A DNA stretch of 64,000 bases from a virus: the IMG/VR virus record IMGVR_UViG_3300037071_003688; one strand, given 5' to 3'. Shown here in pieces: positions 59,873 to 64,000 of the stretch (positions are counted from its first letter, which is position 1; each line of letters begins with the position of its first letter). The notes below the pieces were generated by a model. The model had not been told where the DNA came from. It did no database searches and saw only the letters and a list, made by a program, of their open reading frames with translations. Position numbers and translations under genes: made by a program.

Positions 59873-62800
59873 ATGCTGCGTCCGCGTTACGACCTGGACC
59901 CCGACGCGATGACGGACAACGAGCGGCGCGCCAAGCGGCGCTTCGACGCCTACTTCGTCTTCGAGACGATGCCGTGGCCACCGGCGGACCTCCCCGCAGA
60001 TCCGGACTAGGGACGTCAACAGTCTTGACAAACCCTAGTCCGTCTGCGCATAATGAAGACGTGAGAGAGGGTCCCACCACCTGCGGCAAGATCAAGAATG
60101 TCCGGGTCAGCCGGGGCGTCCTCGGCAAGGGCAAAGAGTCGTTCACGACCCGCCCTGTCATCTGCGGCGCCAACGTCGCGCCCGGATCGGACCTGTGCCC
60201 GATGCACCTGGCGAACGCCAAGCGTTGGGAGGCCAAGCTGGCCGCGAAGAAAGCGTGGCTGGCCGCGAACCCCACCGCCACGAAAGCGAGGAACAAGTGA
60301 TCGCCACCGCCAACCACCCACCCATCAGCCTCGACGCCTCGAACATCACGATCCGTCTGGGCGATCGGCGCCTGCCGCCGTTCAGCGAGTTCCCGGCCTG
60401 GGCGGCGCTGACCGAGTACCTGGCAATGATCCTCGGACCCATCGAACCTGGCAAGTGACTTGACAACCCTAGTCACGATGACCTAAGATTCTCTTGTGAG
60501 GGAAGGACCCTCACGGAAAGGAAACCACCACTCATGGCCTACGCCGACAGGAACTTCAAGACGAAGAAAGCCTTGAAAGAGGCCGTAGCCGCGGGCGAGA
60601 AGGTCGGGATCTTCAACCCCGGCCTGGGAGTCGCCCCCGAGAACGGGACGGCCAGCCTCGAAGGTCCCCACTTCCCGGCCGCTCACACCTGGTACGCCAG
60701 GGTGGCCGTCGTCAACGGGGTGATCACGAAGGTCATCAGCTAGCCGGAACGTTTCACGTGAAACGTCCGAGAGAGGAGAAACCACCACGACAGAACCCAT
60801 GAGCCAGCTTCCCGGCCGGGTACCACAACCCGACAACTACGTCGCCGGGAGGCTGCCCGGGGAGTCGTGAGCCGCCCACCCACTGGCTCCGACTCCCCGT
60901 TCAGCCAGACGAAAGGAAACCACCACCGATGACCCGATGGACACGAGTGACCGACCCCGGTGGTCGGGTGATCGGCTACAAGAGCGAGGTAGGAGCCGTG
61001 GACAAGAACCCGCACGGCGACGGCCTTTGGTTCCTGTCGCCCGCCGGTGACCACGGACGAACCGCCCACCTCACGCTCACCGCCGCCAAGGCCCGCGCCG
61101 AGGCGCTCGCCCGAATGAGAAAGGAAACCACCCCATGACCGACTTCGAGAAGTTCCTCAAGGAACACGTGATGGTCATCCCGGTCGGCTTCACCCGGAAG
61201 TGTCGCGAGTGCGGCCGGGTGTTCGACCTGTGCGACCCGACCGACGCCGACGAGTTCACCAACGGCCACGACTGCGAGGCCAACTGATGAGCCGCTACAA
61301 GGTCCACGGCGACTGGACAGTCGACGGCGAACTCGGCCCACGCGACATGTTCTTCGTGATGTTCGCTGATGCGCTCGACACGAAGACCGGCGACGTGTTC
61401 CGAGCCGGTGCCTACCGAGTTGTCGACGCCTACGGCAAGCCCGCCGTCAAGGGCAAGGGCGGCACCGTCCCGTTCTACGGCGAGTCGGCCTGGTCAAACG
61501 CCGCACGGCTGGCCGAGGATCTCACCTTCGCCGCCCGCCGAGCGTCGTGAATACTCTTGACAACCTTAGTCCGGATGGGAGATAATCAAGACGTGAGAAA
61601 GGAAACCACCACCACCATGACCCACACTTACGAAGTCAGCCACCCGAACCTGTCGCATCCGCTGGTGATGGACTCCGAGGTCGAACGGACCCCGCGAGCA
61701 CTCGCCGCCTGGGCGTCGATGTACATCCTGCGGGAGTTCGATGAGATGCTCCCCCTTGACGAGTTCACGGTCACGGAGGTGACGTGATGTCAGATCCCAC
61801 CGAAGCCGCACGACGGGAGTTGATCCCGACCATGCCCGCCGAGGCGCTCGCCGCGGCCGAGCGCGGTGAGCCGGTCTGGACGACCGACGAGATGACCGCC
61901 GAGTTCGAGGCGATCGGATTCCTCGCCCCGTTCGTGATGGTCCGGCGCCGGTCCGATGGCGTCAAGGGCACGCTGATGTTCAGCGGTCGCCCCCGCTTCT
62001 ACTTCGGATTCGCCGAGGCATGAGCATGAACGCCACCGTCACGGTCACCTACGACGGAGAGTCGGTCACCTTCGAGTTGGAGGGGGCCGAACTGTCCGAG
62101 ATCCATCTGAGCGACACGCTCACCAACCGCTACCTCAACAACGCCAGCCGCAGCGTCATCGCCGACGAGGTCGAGAAGGCGCTGCTTCACCTCGCCCACG
62201 GAAAGGCACTCTCGTGACCGGCACCTTCAACACGCCGCTCGGCAAGATCCGCGTCGCCTCGATGCGACGCTTCATCCTGCTGCGCCGCTACACCGACAAG
62301 CCGGTCATCGTCAAGCGGTCCGACAGCATGGAGACTCTGCTGCGGCTGCGCCGCACCGGCGACTTCATCCTCGACACGGCGTGCCTGTGCGACCGTCGCC
62401 CCGGCGACTTCATCGTCAACCCCAGGTGCGCCAAGCACGGCGCCCACGAGTACCACGGAGCACCAACATGAAACTGACCAACGGGGCGACCGTTCTGCGC
62501 GCTGCCATCAACTACGAGGGCGAGACGGCCACAGCGGTCGTGCTCGCGACGTGGAACGCTCACGAGTTCGTCACCTGGGACGCCTACCTGCGTCCAGGCG
62601 AGACCGAGTGGGACGCCGAGGTCGGCCACTACTTCAACGCCCACGAGCCGTTCAGCGAGGCCACCATCGCCGCCGCCAAGGACGCCGCGATCGGCGACTT
62701 CCGCGCAAGGATCGGAGCACGATGAACACGAAGCACACAGGCGACCACCGCCACCGCACTGAGGTCCACTTTGAGCGGATGCCCGGCCTGGCGTTCGCCA

Positions 62801-63725
62801 AGACCACCGCCTACTTCGCGACCTGCGACTGCGGCTGGGTCGGACGCGAGATGGTCTCGCGCCGCGACGCCGAGAGCGACGCCAACGAGCACGCCTGCGC
62901 GATGGCGGGCGAATGATGTTCGTCTGGGACGAGTACGCCGGGTGGATCGAGATGTCGTGCCCCGAGCACAACCTCGATTGGGCGTGGTCCGCGGGCACGC
63001 CGTTCTGCCCCGTCTGCCGGTACGTCCCCGAGGGCGCCCGACCCGCCACGAGCGAGCCGAGCATCACCTGCCCGGTGTGCGCCATGACCTCGTACAACCC
63101 GAACGATATTCGGGAGGGCTACTGCGGCAACTGCCACGAGTTCACCGGCGTAAAGACTCTTGACAACCCTGGTCCGGATGGGAGATAATCAAGGTATGGA
63201 AACCACCACCGCAACGCCCACCACTCACGACATCGTCGTCGGCGACATCTTCGAGTATTCGTGGGGCTACGACCAAACGAACGTCGACTACTTCGAGGTC
63301 GTCGCCACCACCGCGAAGACCGTGAAGATCCGCAAGATCGGCGCCCACTCGGTGCCCGGCTCGGAAGGCTTCATGAGCGACAAGTGCGTGCCGGTCCCCG
63401 GCAAGTTCGTGTCCGAGACAATCCTCACGAAGCGCCCGTACCTGTCGACCTGGCGCGGCGAGAACATCTGGATGCTCTCGTTCGACTTCGGCTGCGGCGA
63501 GCGCATCGCCCCGACCGAGGCGACACGCCGGTCGTGGTACGCATGAAGGTTCGGGTCGCGTTCACGGTCGACGTCGATGACGAGATCCGCGCCTCGATCA
63601 GCGAGTGGTACGGCCGCACCGGGCTGGCCACTCGCGACGAGGTGCGGCGTTGGTACGAGTCGAACGGTTCCTCGATGGACGCCGACCTGAGCGAGATGGC
63701 GGGACGCCGTGAAGATCGGGATTGA
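59873..63725 (+). other. Block of small early genes
   Basis: 59873-60010, 60061-60300, 60297-60458, 60534-60743, 60929-, 61135-, 61287-61550, 61617-61787, 61784-62023, 62020-62217, 62214-62471, 62468-62725, 62722-62916, 62913-63188, 63196-63546, 63543-63725, with class I promoters and GGAAACCACC starts. Confidence 0.62.
60749..60766. promoter_or_regulatory. parS: parS-like palindrome
   Basis: ACGTTTCACGTGAAACGT, intergenic; the core equals the actinobacterial parS consensus. Confidence 0.8.
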
Positions 63726-64000
63726 CGACTCGACGCCGTGTGCGCACTGCGGGACATCGGCTCTCGAATGCGGCCGTCGCTTCCGGGAAACCACTCCGAA
63801 CGAATGGTGCTGCGCGACGTGCCGGGAACAGGGCGCTCTGTGGGCGCACAGCGAAACCGTCGACGCGGCTGTCACACCCGAGTGATACCATCGGTGTCGT
63901 GACCCGATTGCTACGACTCCGAGAGCGACTCGAACGCTGACCGCGAGGTCGACGCGTTCGTCCCTAGCGACGTAGCCCAATCCACGGCAGAGGCACCGGT

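Overview
A 64 kb segment of a large, high-GC tailed bacteriophage, most likely infecting an actinobacterium. This call rests on the actinophage-type portal, sigma70-type leaderless promoters and the parS palindrome. No integrase, terminase or capsid gene lies in the window. Layout: (1) about 100 small, tightly coupled + strand early/accessory genes (1-33.7 kb and 59.9-64 kb), driven by a repeated promoter family and sharing a GGAAACCACC translation-start element; (2) a Ro60/TROVE gene preceded by six Y-RNA-like units (18.1-20.5 kb); (3) the portal followed by four large MuF-region proteins, in which 17 copies of an NPWHDExGxFAPKG peptide separate enzyme modules (CCA-adding enzyme, HNH, GNAT, ADP-ribosyltransferase, zincin, ParB/Srx, RelA/SpoT, Cys-His) (34-52 kb); (4) a sugar-modification/DNA-methyltransferase cluster (52-59 kb); (5) six tRNAs interleaved with structured ncRNAs (58.9-59.9 kb). 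Best candidates for new biology: phage ncRNAs that mimic conserved rRNA elements (a 23S L11-site/L1-stalk chimera and Y RNAs carrying 16S/23S motifs); effector polyproteins with a putative packaging tag, cleavage linkers and cis-inhibitor tails; and a hairpin sRNA whose loop is antisense to the start element shared by about 19 genes. All family assignments and rRNA comparisons are from motif recall, not database searches.
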